Shown piece after piece: positions 18,708 through 28,462 of a stretch of 64,000 bases of DNA; the stretch's first letter is position 1, and each line of letters begins with the position of its first letter. The DNA lies in assembly GCA_034520945.1 (NCBI GenBank), contig JAXHNB010000005.1, forward strand, positions 320,001 to 384,000. Direction: 5' to 3'. A program made the position numbers and the translations under genes. Source of the DNA: Trueperaceae bacterium. GTDB lineage: Bacteria > Deinococcota > Deinococci > Deinococcales > Trueperaceae. The notes under the pieces were generated by a model that was given only the letters and a program-made list of their open reading frames with translations, did no database searches and had not been told where the DNA came from.

Positions 18708-20654
18708 GTGAGCGAAGCACCGCTGTGGACGCCGAGCGAGGACCGCGTGGCCCGTGCGGCGATGACGGCGGCCCGCCTCGATGCGCAGGAGGTCGCCGGC
18801 CGGCCGTTGCCCGACTACGACGCGTTCCACGCCTGGAGCGTCCAGGACGCGGACGCGTTCTGGTCGTTCCTGGCGGCGCGGCTCCTGCCCTGGCGCGCGC
18901 GCTGGCGCACGGTCCGCGCCGGCGGGTCGTTGCTGGACACACGTTGGTTCGAAGACGGACGCCTGAACGTCGCCGAGGCGCTGCTGTACCCGCCCGGGCG
19001 GACGGGCGACGCGCCCGCCGTGGTGGCGGTGGCGGAGGACGCCCCCACCGTGCGCCTGAGCCTGGCCGAGCTGCGGGCCCTGACGGCCCGCGTGCAGGCG
19101 GCGTTGCGCGCGTCGGGCGTCGGGCCCGGCGACACCGTGGCGTTGGTGGCGGCCAACGTGCCGGAGGCGCTCGCCGTCTTCCTGGCGTGCGCGGCGGAAG
19201 GGGCGGTGTTCACCAGTTGCAGCCCCGACTTCGGGGCGGACGCGGCCGCGGCCCGCTTCACTCAGGTGGCGCCCAAGGTGCTGTTCGGCTCGCCCGCGGC
19301 CCGCTACGGGGGGCGCCGGCACGACGTGCGGCCCACCCTGGTGGCGCTGGAGGGTGCGCTGCCGAGCCTGCGCGCACGGGTGGCCCTGCCGGTCCCGGGC
19401 GAGGGCGATGCGGCTCCCCCGCGCGGCTTCGCGTCGTTCGCGTCCTGGACCGACGTCACGGCGGGCGACGCGCCCGACTGCCGGCCGTTGCCGTTCGACC
19501 ATCCGCTGTACGTGCTGTACTCCTCGGGGACGACCGGCCCGCCCAAGGCGATCCGCCACCGGGCCGGCGGCGCGCTGCTGAGCCAACTCAAGGAGCTTCG
19601 CCTCCACGCCGACGTCCGTCCCGGCGACCGCGTGACGTACTACACCACCACCGGCTGGATGATGTGGAACTGGCTCGTGGCGGCGCTCGGCCTCGGCGCC
19701 GTCGTGACCTTGATCGACGGCTCGCCCATGTGGCCCGACCGGATGCGCTTGTGGCGGTTGGCCCGAGACGAGGACCTTTCCCTGCTCGGCACCAGCGCCC
19801 GCTACCTACACGCCTTGGACGCCGCTGGCGCGCGCCCGCGCGAGTTGGGGCCGTTCCCGGCGTTGCGGACGGTGGCGTCCACCGGGTCGCCCCTGTCGCG
19901 GGCGGGGTTCCGCTTCGTGTACCGCGAGGTCACGGACGACGTGCACCTGGCCAGCATCTCGGGCGGTACCGACATCGTGTCCTGCTTCTTGCTGGGGGTG
20001 CCGACCCTGCCCGTGTACGCCGGTCAGATCCAGCGCCCCGGCCTGGGCGTGGATCTCGCCGTGTATGGCGAGCAGGGGCGTGCGCTGGAGCGGGGCCCGG
20101 GCGAGTTGGTGTGTCGACAGCCCCTGCCGTCGATGCCGCTGGGCTTCGTCCACGACGAGGACGGCCGGCGCTACCACGAAGCCTACGGGGCGCGCTTCCC
20201 CGGCGTGTGGACGCACGGCGACCGGATCGAGCGGCGGCCCGAAGGCGGGTACGTGCATCACGGGCGCAGCGACGCCACCCTGAATCCCGGCGGGGTCCGG
20301 ATCGGCAGCGCCGAGGTCACCGGTCCCGTGCTGGCGCTTCCCGGCGTGGTGGACGCGGCGGCGGTGCCCCGTCCGCGTGGGCACGACGAGGAGATCTGGT
20401 TGCTGGTGGTGATGGCGGAGGACATCCGCTTGGACGAAGCGCAGGAGGGCGCCATCCGCCAGGCGGTGCGGGAGGGCGCCAGCCCCCGGCACGTGCCGGC
20501 ACGCGTGCTGGCCGTGCCCGATCTGCCGCGCACGCGCAACGGCAAGACGATGGAGAAGCTGCTGGCCGCCCTGGTCGCCGGCCGGGATCCGGGCCCGCTC
20601 ACGGCGGTGGGCAACCCCGAAGCGATCGACGCCGTGCGGGCGTGCCTGCCGTAG
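18708..20654 (+). CDS. Acetoacetate--CoA ligase
   Basis: LWTPS, WF...RLN.AE, SCSPDFG, YSSGTTGPPK, GWMMWNW, SISGGTDI.SCF, GRSDATLNPGGVRIG. Confidence 0.9.
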   Translation: MSEAPLWTPSEDRVARAAMTAARLDAQEVAGRPLPDYDAFHAWSVQDADAFWSFLAARLLPWRARWRTVRAGGSLLDTRWFEDGRLNVAEALLYPPGRTGDAPAVVAVAEDAPTVRLSLAELRALTARVQAALRASGVGPGDTVALVAANVPEALAVFLACAAEGAVFTSCSPDFGADAAAARFTQVAPKVLFGSPAARYGGRRHDVRPTLVALEGALPSLRARVALPVPGEGDAAPPRGFASFASWTDVTAGDAPDCRPLPFDHPLYVLYSSGTTGPPKAIRHRAGGALLSQLKELRLHADVRPGDRVTYYTTTGWMMWNWLVAALGLGAVVTLIDGSPMWPDRMRLWRLARDEDLSLLGTSARYLHALDAAGARPRELGPFPALRTVASTGSPLSRAGFRFVYREVTDDVHLASISGGTDIVSCFLLGVPTLPVYAGQIQRPGLGVDLAVYGEQGRALERGPGELVCRQPLPSMPLGFVHDEDGRRYHEAYGARFPGVWTHGDRIERRPEGGYVHHGRSDATLNPGGVRIGSAEVTGPVLALPGVVDAAAVPRPRGHDEEIWLLVVMAEDIRLDEAQEGAIRQAVREGASPRHVPARVLAVPDLPRTRNGKTMEKLLAALVAGRDPGPLTAVGNPEAIDAVRACLP

Positions 20655-20703
20655 GGGACCGTCCGGCTTCGGGGACCCGCCCGCCTTCGAGCCCGCCGGC
20701 CGC

Positions 20704-21765
20704 CTACGCCAGCGGCCGCCCCGCCAGCCGGCCGACCAGCTCCTGCAGGGCCAATTCCTCGAACGGAAGGCGCATCACGTGGGCCTTGGGGCGGCGCAGC
20801 CGCGCCCACCAACCGGCCGGCCGGGCCTCCAACACGACGGCGGGGACGTGCCCCCGGCCGGGCGTGGCCCGCAGGGCGCGCACCAGCTCCCAACCTTCCC
20901 CCTCGCGATCGTCCACCACGATCGCGAGGGGGCGTGCCTCGTCGAGGTGCGCCAGCGCCACCTCCCCGTCCTCGAACAGCATCGGCCGCAGCCCCACCCG
21001 CTGAAGCGTCAACCGCACCAGGCGCGCCCGGGCGTTGCTCGGCGAGACCACCAGCACCACCGGCTCGGGCACCTCGGGCGGGAGCCCCTCGATCACGCCG
21101 AGCTCCTCCAATCGCGACAGCAGCCGCAACGTCCGCTCCTCGCCCTGGTCGCCCTCGCTGGCGACCGTCCGGGCCGATCGGAACCCGTCGACGTGCGCCA
21201 GCACCTCCCATGCGCCCTCCGGCAGTTCGTGCGCCGTGGGGTCGCCCACGCGGCGGTACACGGTGGCGGGGTCGGCGATGCCGAGGTCCAACTCCTGGCG
21301 GAGGGCGTCGGCCTCCATCAACAGCGTCATCGCGTCGTACGTACGGTCGGTCGGGGCCTGCGAGGCGCTGGCGCTGCGCTCCCCGAAGGAGAACGACCCC
21401 GTGCGCCAGGACAACAGTTCCGCGATCACCTCCACCGCCTGGCGCGCCAGCGCGGCGTGCAGGTCGTCCTCGTCCAGCAGGCCGTCGGCGACCGCGCGAA
21501 GGCCCAGCGGGGTCCCGGCGTCCTCGTGCGGTTGGCGGTCGAAAATCTCCTGTACCTCGCGGGCGGTCAGCAACTCCATCCGCACCATGATCTCGCCGAG
21601 GTGCACGCCGGGACGCAGGTGCGCCACCTGCACGCGGCCCTGATCGAGGTAGATGCGCGCCCGCACGCCGTCCTGGTCCACGTCCAGCACCCCGGACTTG
21701 CCGCCACCGGTCACCAGTTGGAACACGTCCCCCAAGGGGACGTTGGAGAGACTCCCCTCGATCAC
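20704..21765 (-). CDS. DUF4388/PATAN domain protein with C-terminal receiver-like domain
   Basis: [19 protein letters not shown] and W..GSFSF DUF4388 hallmarks; C-terminal REC-like beta/alpha pattern. Confidence 0.78.
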   Translation of the reverse strand: MIEGSLSNVPLGDVFQLVTGGGKSGVLDVDQDGVRARIYLDQGRVQVAHLRPGVHLGEIMVRMELLTAREVQEIFDRQPHEDAGTPLGLRAVADGLLDEDDLHAALARQAVEVIAELLSWRTGSFSFGERSASASQAPTDRTYDAMTLLMEADALRQELDLGIADPATVYRRVGDPTAHELPEGAWEVLAHVDGFRSARTVASEGDQGEERTLRLLSRLEELGVIEGLPPEVPEPVVLVVSPSNARARLVRLTLQRVGLRPMLFEDGEVALAHLDEARPLAIVVDDREGEGWELVRALRATPGRGHVPAVVLEARPAGWWARLRRPKAHVMRLPFEELALQELVGRLAGRPLA

Positions 21766-22766
21766 CGGGGTTCGAATCCTAGGGACGACAACTGCTGGGC
21801 CGCCGCGGACGCCTCGGGGACCTCCAGGCCGAGATGCCGGTAGGCCGCTTCGGTCGCGATGCGGCCCCGGGGCGTGCGCTGGATGAGGCCCTGCTGGATC
21901 AGGTAGGGCTCGTAGACCTCCTCGAGCGTCGCGCGGTCCTCGCCGATCGACGTCGCCAGCGTGTCCAGCCCGACCGGCCCTCCGGCGAAGCGTTCCGTGA
22001 GGGCCGACAGAAGAGCCCGGTCGCGGCGGTCGAGCCCCAAACCGTCGATGCCCAGCTCGTCCAGCGCGTGCCGTACGCGCGCGATCCCCACCCGGCCGTC
22101 GCCGGCCACCTCGGCGTAGTCGCGGACGCGCCGCAACAACCGCTTGGCGATGCGCATGGTGCCGCGCGCGCGGGCCCCGATCTCGTGCGCGGCGTCGTCG
22201 TCGAGGACGAGGCCTGCCGCCTCGGCGTCGCGACGCACCCCTTCGGCGAGCTCCTCGGACCGGTAGTACTCCAGGTGTTCCAGGATGCCGAAGCGGCTCC
22301 GCAACGGCCCCGTGATCAGGCCCGGGCGGGTGGTCGCGCCGATCAGGGTGAAGCGCGGCAGGTCCAGCCGCAGGGTCCGAGCGGACGGCCCCTGACCCAG
22401 GACCAGGTCGATCGCGAAGTCCTCCATCGCCGGGTAGAGGTGCTCCTCCGCCACGCGCCCCAAGCGGTGAATCTCGTCGATGAACAGCACGTCGCCCGCT
22501 TGCAGCGCGTTGGTGAGGATGGCGGCCAGGTCGCCCGGCTTCTCGATGGCGGGCCCGCTGGTCACGCGGATGCCGACGCCCAGCTCGGCGGCCACCAGGT
22601 GCGCCAACGTCGTCTTGCCCAGCCCGGGCGGGCCGTACAGGAGCACGTGGTCCAGGGCGTCCCCCCGTGCCTTGGCGGCATCCAGGTAGACGCGGAACTT
22701 CTTTTTGAGCCGGGCCTGACCGACGAAGTCGTCGAGCCGCGTCGGCCTGAGGGCGACGTCGTCCAC
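21762..22766 (-). CDS. ruvB: Holliday junction branch migration helicase RuvB
   Basis: [54 protein letters not shown]. Confidence 0.97.
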   Translation of the reverse strand: MDDVALRPTRLDDFVGQARLKKKFRVYLDAAKARGDALDHVLLYGPPGLGKTTLAHLVAAELGVGIRVTSGPAIEKPGDLAAILTNALQAGDVLFIDEIHRLGRVAEEHLYPAMEDFAIDLVLGQGPSARTLRLDLPRFTLIGATTRPGLITGPLRSRFGILEHLEYYRSEELAEGVRRDAEAAGLVLDDDAAHEIGARARGTMRIAKRLLRRVRDYAEVAGDGRVGIARVRHALDELGIDGLGLDRRDRALLSALTERFAGGPVGLDTLATSIGEDRATLEEVYEPYLIQQGLIQRTPRGRIATEAAYRHLGLEVPEASAAAQQLSSLGFEPR

Positions 22767-22790
22767 GTGCCTCAGCCTAGCACCCGGACG

Positions 22791-24380
22791 TCACGCCCCG
22801 CGGGCGCGCGCCAGCAGCTCCTCCCCCTCGACGATGCGGGGTCGAGGCTCGAAGCGGACACGCACCTCGCCCTCGGCGGTGGCGTAGGTCACCCCGTGAG
22901 CCGCGAGGTGCTCGCGGGCGTCCGGCAGGGCCATGACGGGGCCCTTGACCTGGTCCAGGAAGCGCGCGGCCTCGTCGGGCGGCAGGTGACGAAGGTGCTG
23001 CTGCCACAGGGCCGACGTCCGGCGCGCCACCGCCAGCCACCCCTCGCCGCGCCAGCGCAGGGCGACCCACGCCGCGCTGACGGCGGTGCCTGCCACCAGC
23101 GCCCACCACACCCCTTGGACCCCCAGTCCAAGCGGGTGCGCCAGCAGCCATGCGAGGGGCACCACCGTCACCCAGCGACCCAGGATCGTGCCCACCATGC
23201 CGGGCCGCGTATCGCCGGCGCCTCGCAGGGCGCCGTTCACGACCATCGCCACGGCCAAGAGCGGGTGGGACAGCGCATTGATCCGCAGGTACGAGATGCC
23301 GGCGTCCAGCACGACGGGATGCGCCGAAGGGTCGAACGCGCGGACCAGCACCGGCGCCAACGCGGCCAAGGCCGCCGCCAGGAGGCTCATCACCGCAACG
23401 GCGAGACCGGTGGCGGCGGTTCCCTGCCGGCGCGCGTCGGCCGCGTCCCAACGCCCCACCGCGCGCCCGACCAGGCTGGTGGCGGCCACGCTGATCGCCA
23501 GGCCCGGCATGAACGCCAACGACTCCACCTGCAGGCCGACGGCCAGCGCCGCCGCGCCATGGCTGCCCGCCGCCGTCGACGTCACGATGCGCAGCACCAG
23601 GATCTGCGCGCTGTTGCGCACCAGCCCCTGGACCCCCGAGGGCACGCCCACCCGCAGCAGGGATGCGAGACGTGCCAGCTCGGGCCGCCAGCTGCCGCGG
23701 CCGAACGCCACCCGCGTCCGGCCCGACGCCAGGATCCACACGCCGGCGGCACTTCCCAGCGCCCGGGCCATCACCGTGCCGAGCGCCGCACCGACGACGC
23801 CCAGCGCAGGTACCGGCCCCAGGCCGAAGATGAGGACCAGGCTCAGCGCGACGTTGGCGACGTTGACGCCCGTCGTGATCAGCATGGGGGTCAACGTGTC
23901 GCCCGCCCCCTGCATCAGGGCGTTCACCGTCACGTTGGTCACCAGGAACACCGTGCCGGAGAAGATCAGCATCAGGTAGTCCCGCCCCAGCGCGGTGGCG
24001 CGCGGGTCGCCGCCGTGATTCAGGAAGCCCAACACCGGCCCGGCCGCCAGCAGGCCCACCGCGGTCAGCACGACCGCCACCGCCAGCGCCAGCAGCATCG
24101 ACTGGCGGGCGACGGTCTGCAGTTCGGAGGTGTCACCTGCACCGCGGGCCTGCGCCGCCAACGCCATCGAGCCGGTGGTCACCGCCAGGATCACCACCAG
24201 GATCAACATCCTCACGGCGCTGCCCATGCCGACCGCCGCGATCTCGATCGGGCCCAGCCGCCCCACCATCGCGAGGTCCGCGACGTTGACGAGCGACTGC
24301 AACAGGTTGGTAATGATGACCGGCCACGCCAGCAGGCCGACGCGTGAGGCGAGATGGAGCACGTGCGCGCGCGGCAGCAT
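22791..24380 (-). CDS. MATE family efflux transporter
   Basis: About 12 TM segments in two repeats, D.AMVGRLG, GAGDT..PM twice, LGVVGAALGT. Confidence 0.9.
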   Translation of the reverse strand: MLPRAHVLHLASRVGLLAWPVIITNLLQSLVNVADLAMVGRLGPIEIAAVGMGSAVRMLILVVILAVTTGSMALAAQARGAGDTSELQTVARQSMLLALAVAVVLTAVGLLAAGPVLGFLNHGGDPRATALGRDYLMLIFSGTVFLVTNVTVNALMQGAGDTLTPMLITTGVNVANVALSLVLIFGLGPVPALGVVGAALGTVMARALGSAAGVWILASGRTRVAFGRGSWRPELARLASLLRVGVPSGVQGLVRNSAQILVLRIVTSTAAGSHGAAALAVGLQVESLAFMPGLAISVAATSLVGRAVGRWDAADARRQGTAATGLAVAVMSLLAAALAALAPVLVRAFDPSAHPVVLDAGISYLRINALSHPLLAVAMVVNGALRGAGDTRPGMVGTILGRWVTVVPLAWLLAHPLGLGVQGVWWALVAGTAVSAAWVALRWRGEGWLAVARRTSALWQQHLRHLPPDEAARFLDQVKGPVMALPDAREHLAAHGVTYATAEGEVRVRFEPRPRIVEGEELLARARGA

Positions 24381-24456
24381 CGAAGGAGCCTACCCACGCG
24401 GCCGCCGCGTCGTGGCGTGGCCGTGCAGCGCGCAGCGCCGCCAGGTAGGCTGCCGC

Positions 24457-25326
24457 ATGGTGCGACGGGTACCCACCGCACGACTCCTGATCGACTGCCC
24501 GGATCGTCCCGGCATCGTCGCCGCCGTGTCCGGGTTCCTCTTCGCCCGCGGCGCCAACGTGCTGGACGCCCGGCAACACTCCACCGACCCCGAGGGCGGG
24601 ACCTTCTTCATGCGGATGGCGTTCCGACCTGAGCGGCCGGACGTCGACCGGGAGGCGTTGGCCGAGGCGTTCGCGCGAGAGGTGGCGCAGCCGTTCGGGA
24701 TGCGCTGGCGGATCGCCTGGTCGGACGTACCGAAACGGATGGCGATCCTGGCGTCCAAGGCCGACCACGCCCTCCTCGAGCTACTGTGGCGCTGGCGCAA
24801 CGGCGAGCTGAGCGCCGACCTGCGGGTCGTGGCCTCCAATCACGACCGCTTGCGCGGCGTGGTGGGGGACTTCGGCGTACCGTTCCACCACCTCCCGATC
24901 GGCGACGACGGCCGCGAGGCGCAAGAGGCGGCCCTGCGCACGCTCCTGTTGGAGGAGGGGGTGGAGCTGGTCGTGCTGGCGCGCTACATGCAGATCCTCG
25001 GCCCCGCCTTCGTGGCCACCTGGCCGGACCGCATCGTCAACATCCACCATTCGTTCCTCCCCGCCTTCGTCGGAGCGAATCCCTACCGCCAGGCGTACGA
25101 GCGGGGCGTGAAGCTGATCGGCGCAACGGCGCACTACGTCACCGACGACCTCGACGAGGGGCCGATCATCGCCCAGGACGTGGTGCGCGTCAGCCACCGG
25201 CAGTCGCTGCGGGACCTGGTGCAACTCGGCAGCGAAGTCGAACGGACGGTGTTGGCCAGAGCGGTGGCGGCCCACCTCCGAGATGCCATCCTCGTGCACG
25301 GAAACAAGACCGTGGTATTCGACTGA
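24457..25326 (+). CDS. purU: Formyltetrahydrofolate deformylase
   Basis: ACT domain CPDRPGIVAAVS, LARYMQIL, NIHHSFLPAF.GA.PY, GVKLIGATAHYVT..LDEGPII. Confidence 0.95.
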   Translation: MVRRVPTARLLIDCPDRPGIVAAVSGFLFARGANVLDARQHSTDPEGGTFFMRMAFRPERPDVDREALAEAFAREVAQPFGMRWRIAWSDVPKRMAILASKADHALLELLWRWRNGELSADLRVVASNHDRLRGVVGDFGVPFHHLPIGDDGREAQEAALRTLLLEEGVELVVLARYMQILGPAFVATWPDRIVNIHHSFLPAFVGANPYRQAYERGVKLIGATAHYVTDDLDEGPIIAQDVVRVSHRQSLRDLVQLGSEVERTVLARAVAAHLRDAILVHGNKTVVFD

Positions 25327-25479
25327 GCCCGCCGCCGCGCCGCGCCCGGGCGTGCCGGCCGCCGCCCGCGGCCCCGCCGCCCACTGCGAGGCGCGGTTGG
25401 CACCGCGCGCAGCCGGCGCGCTACCCTGAGATCGTCGCACCGGGGGGAGCCCCGTACTCCGAGAGGACCGAACCGTTCC

Positions 25480-26037
25480 ATGAGAACCCATCAGATTCGT
25501 ATCGGACGCGTCACGCGAGACCTGCCCGTCATCGACGTCGGGGGGGTGTCCGTCGCCCTCCTGAACCTGCTGGGCGACACCGAGTTGGTCGAAGCGGCCG
25601 CGGCGGAGCTGGCCGAGGCGATGCCCGCCGGGATCGAAGCGTTGATCACGCCCGAGGTCAAGGCCGTGCCCCTCGCCCACGCCCTGTCGCGCATCACGGG
25701 TCTGCCCTACGTGGTGGTGCGCAAGACGGAGAAGCCCTACATGGTGGACGCCGTGAAGCGCAGCGTGCGTTCGATCACCACCGGTCGGCCGCAGGACCTG
25801 GTGTTGGACGGCGGCGACGTGCCTCGCCTCAAAGGCCGCCGGGTGGCGATCGTCGACGACGTCGTCTCCACCGGCGGTACGCTTCACGGGCTGCACGACC
25901 TGCTGGCGGAGGTCGAGGCGGTGGTCGCCGCCACCCTGGTGGTGTTCACCGAGGGTGAACCGCGCGATGATGTCGTGTCGCTCGGCCACCTGCCGCTGTA
26001 CCCCGCCCAGGACGAGCCCACCTCGCCGGGGGCATGA
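25480..26037 (+). CDS. Purine phosphoribosyltransferase family protein (APRT-like)
   Basis: PRPP-binding [23 protein letters not shown] upstream. Confidence 0.85.
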   Translation: MRTHQIRIGRVTRDLPVIDVGGVSVALLNLLGDTELVEAAAAELAEAMPAGIEALITPEVKAVPLAHALSRITGLPYVVVRKTEKPYMVDAVKRSVRSITTGRPQDLVLDGGDVPRLKGRRVAIVDDVVSTGGTLHGLHDLLAEVEAVVAATLVVFTEGEPRDDVVSLGHLPLYPAQDEPTSPGA

Positions 26038-26038
26038 C

Positions 26039-28390
26039 GTGAGCGGCGCCGCCTCTGCCGGGCGGGTGCACGCCGACGAGGTGGCCACGCGGGCCCTCGC
26101 CGAGCGGGCCGCGGGCAGCCTGCGGGAGCATGACGCGCACCAGGCCGCGCGTGCGCTGGCGCGCATGGCCGGGGCGCGACCCGTCGACGGCGTCGCCGAG
26201 TTCGGCGTGTGGCTGCCCCAGTGCACCGGCCGGGGGGACAAGGTCGAGGTCGAGATCCTTCAACCGCACGAGGAGGTGCGCCTGGGGGAGACGCAGCGGA
26301 TCCCGGTGGCGCGACATCGCTTCGAGATGACGCAAACCGGGGGGTGGGCCTGGCTGGCGGTGCGTGGCCTTCGGCCGGGCGAGCGGGACGTCCTCGGCGC
26401 GCTCTACCGCTTCGTGGCGACGCATGAGGACGGGCGCGAAGCGCGTTGGGGCGATCCGTTGGCCACCTCGCTGCCGTTCGGCCTCGAGGGGCCGGCCGAG
26501 CTGTACGACCTGGACCGGCTCCAGGTGCATCGCGCCGACGCCGAGTTCTTCCGGCGCGTCGGCATCGGCGGGGACGGCAGCGAGGACGGGATCCCCCGCT
26601 TCGGTCCGCCCGGTCACGTACTGCAGGTGCACGTCGGTACCGCGACGCACGGCGGGACGATCGCGGACCTCGCCGACCTGTACCGCGCGCTGGCCGACAA
26701 GGCGCGCCGCGGCGAGACGCCCACCCCGGCGGAGCGGGTGTTTTTGGGCTACGACGCGGTGCAGCTCCTCCCCGTCGAGCCCGTGCCGGCCCATTCGGGC
26801 GACCCACCGCGTTTCGCGGTGCGTGAAGACGAGGACGGGCTCGTCGTGCAGCTGGGCGGGTCCGAGGTCCGCAACTGGGGGTACGACGCCACCGTGTTCG
26901 GGGCCGCCGCGATCGAACCGTCGCTGCTGCGGAGCGGCCGCCCGGACGAGCTCGCCGACCTGGCCGGCGTCCTGCACGCGTTTCCCGGCAAGCCGATCCG
27001 ATTGATCGTCGACCTGGTGCTCTCGCACGCCCACGCCGTGGCCGCCGGCCTCCTGCCGCCGGCCTTCTTCGCGGGCGAGGGGCCGTACGGGCTCGAGCTC
27101 GCGTTGCACGACCCGACCGTGCGCGCCGTCCTCCTCGAGCTCCAACGCCGCAAGGTCGACTTCGGGGCGGACGGCGTCCGCATCGACGCGGCGCAGGATT
27201 TCCGGGTCCCCGGCAGCGATGGAGGCGCCGTGCACGACGACGGATTCCTGCAGGAGATGAGCGACGTGGTGCAGTGCGTCGCCGACGTCCACTACCACGC
27301 GTTCATGATCTTCGAGGACGGGCGGCCCTGGCCCCGGCGCGACTGGCCGACCGCGGCGACCTACCTGGACGTCGCCGAGGTCCAGCCGCACGCCTTTCAA
27401 TGGGGACCGCTGACCTTCGCCCACAACACGCCGTGCGTGGAGGGGTTCTGGGCCAGCAGTTGGTGGCGCATCGAGGAGAGCGCGCGCCACGGGCAGCGCT
27501 GGATCTCCGGCTGCGCCAATCACGACACCCTGCGCCGGGCGTACCAGACGCCGCCGTGGCTGCCGCTCAACCGCCGGCTGGGACGGGACCCCCCGGAGAT
27601 CCTGCGCCGCGCCTACGACCACGTGGCGGCCGACCTGCTGTTCTACGGGGTGCTTCCCGGCGTGCCGATGACCTTCCTGGCGGCCGCGATGGGAGCGCCG
27701 TGGGCGTTCTTTCGCTCCAGCGATCACGCCCTGGCTCCCAGGCTGGCGGCGGACGAGGCGGACGTGCTGTCCTGGCGCTTCCGGGACGAGGACTACGCCA
27801 GCGAGGGCGCCTTCGCGCGCCTCAAGGGGCTCGGCTTCGCGCGGCGGACCGACGCCGAGACGTTCTTCCTGGGGCTCCGTCCGCTCCTCGCGGACGGCGG
27901 GCTGGCGCCCGACGCGCTGGCGGAGGCGGCCGGGGCGGCGGAGGTGCCGATGCCGTTCTCTCCCTCCGGCGCGGCGTTGGTGCGCGCCTCGCGGGCGTTC
28001 ATGCTGGACCTGGCGGACGCCTGCGTGGTGTGGCGTGCCGAGGATGACCTCGTGCCCGAGCGGGTCGACGCGTTGCGGGCGCTGCGTGCCGTGCGGGCCG
28101 CACGTCCGTGGTTGCGCCGTCCGCTACGGGACGGCGAGAGCGTGGCGCGCCGGGTGGGATTGGACGGCGGCCTGCGCGTGCACGGCCTCCGGCACGCGCC
28201 GGACGGGGGGGAGAGCCTCGGACTGATCGCCAACCTCGAGGGCGATCCGGTCGAACTCGTACCCGAGGCGGTCCTGGGGGCAGCGCCGTGGCAGGTGCTG
28301 GTGGCGGCGCCGGGCGTCGGCTTCGAGGCGCCCGACCGGCCGATGGTGCTCAGGAACGCAGAAGGCGTGCTTCTTCACCACGGCGGCTAG
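26039..28390 (+). CDS. GH13-like glycoside hydrolase resembling glucosylglycerol hydrolase GghA
   Basis: GYDAVQLLPVEP, NWGYD, RPDEL, GADGVRIDAAQDF, IFEDGRPWP, QWGPLTFAHNTP, GCANHDT, PGVPM.F; recalled similarity to the cyanobacterial Slr1670 family. Confidence 0.75.
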   Translation: MSGAASAGRVHADEVATRALAERAAGSLREHDAHQAARALARMAGARPVDGVAEFGVWLPQCTGRGDKVEVEILQPHEEVRLGETQRIPVARHRFEMTQTGGWAWLAVRGLRPGERDVLGALYRFVATHEDGREARWGDPLATSLPFGLEGPAELYDLDRLQVHRADAEFFRRVGIGGDGSEDGIPRFGPPGHVLQVHVGTATHGGTIADLADLYRALADKARRGETPTPAERVFLGYDAVQLLPVEPVPAHSGDPPRFAVREDEDGLVVQLGGSEVRNWGYDATVFGAAAIEPSLLRSGRPDELADLAGVLHAFPGKPIRLIVDLVLSHAHAVAAGLLPPAFFAGEGPYGLELALHDPTVRAVLLELQRRKVDFGADGVRIDAAQDFRVPGSDGGAVHDDGFLQEMSDVVQCVADVHYHAFMIFEDGRPWPRRDWPTAATYLDVAEVQPHAFQWGPLTFAHNTPCVEGFWASSWWRIEESARHGQRWISGCANHDTLRRAYQTPPWLPLNRRLGRDPPEILRRAYDHVAADLLFYGVLPGVPMTFLAAAMGAPWAFFRSSDHALAPRLAADEADVLSWRFRDEDYASEGAFARLKGLGFARRTDAETFFLGLRPLLADGGLAPDALAEAAGAAEVPMPFSPSGAALVRASRAFMLDLADACVVWRAEDDLVPERVDALRALRAVRAARPWLRRPLRDGESVARRVGLDGGLRVHGLRHAPDGGESLGLIANLEGDPVELVPEAVLGAAPWQVLVAAPGVGFEAPDRPMVLRNAEGVLLHHGG

Positions 28391-28462
28391 CGTCGCCACG
28401 ATGCCGGGCCGGGGCGCACGAGCGGTGCTAGCCTAAGCCTCGTTCGCCGCGAGGAGGCTCAC

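Noticed and set aside
22767..22790. Radiation/desiccation response motif (DdrO box) upstream of ruvB
   Set aside because: The 24-nt intergenic region holds only a -10 box; no AT-rich RDRM-like palindrome is visible
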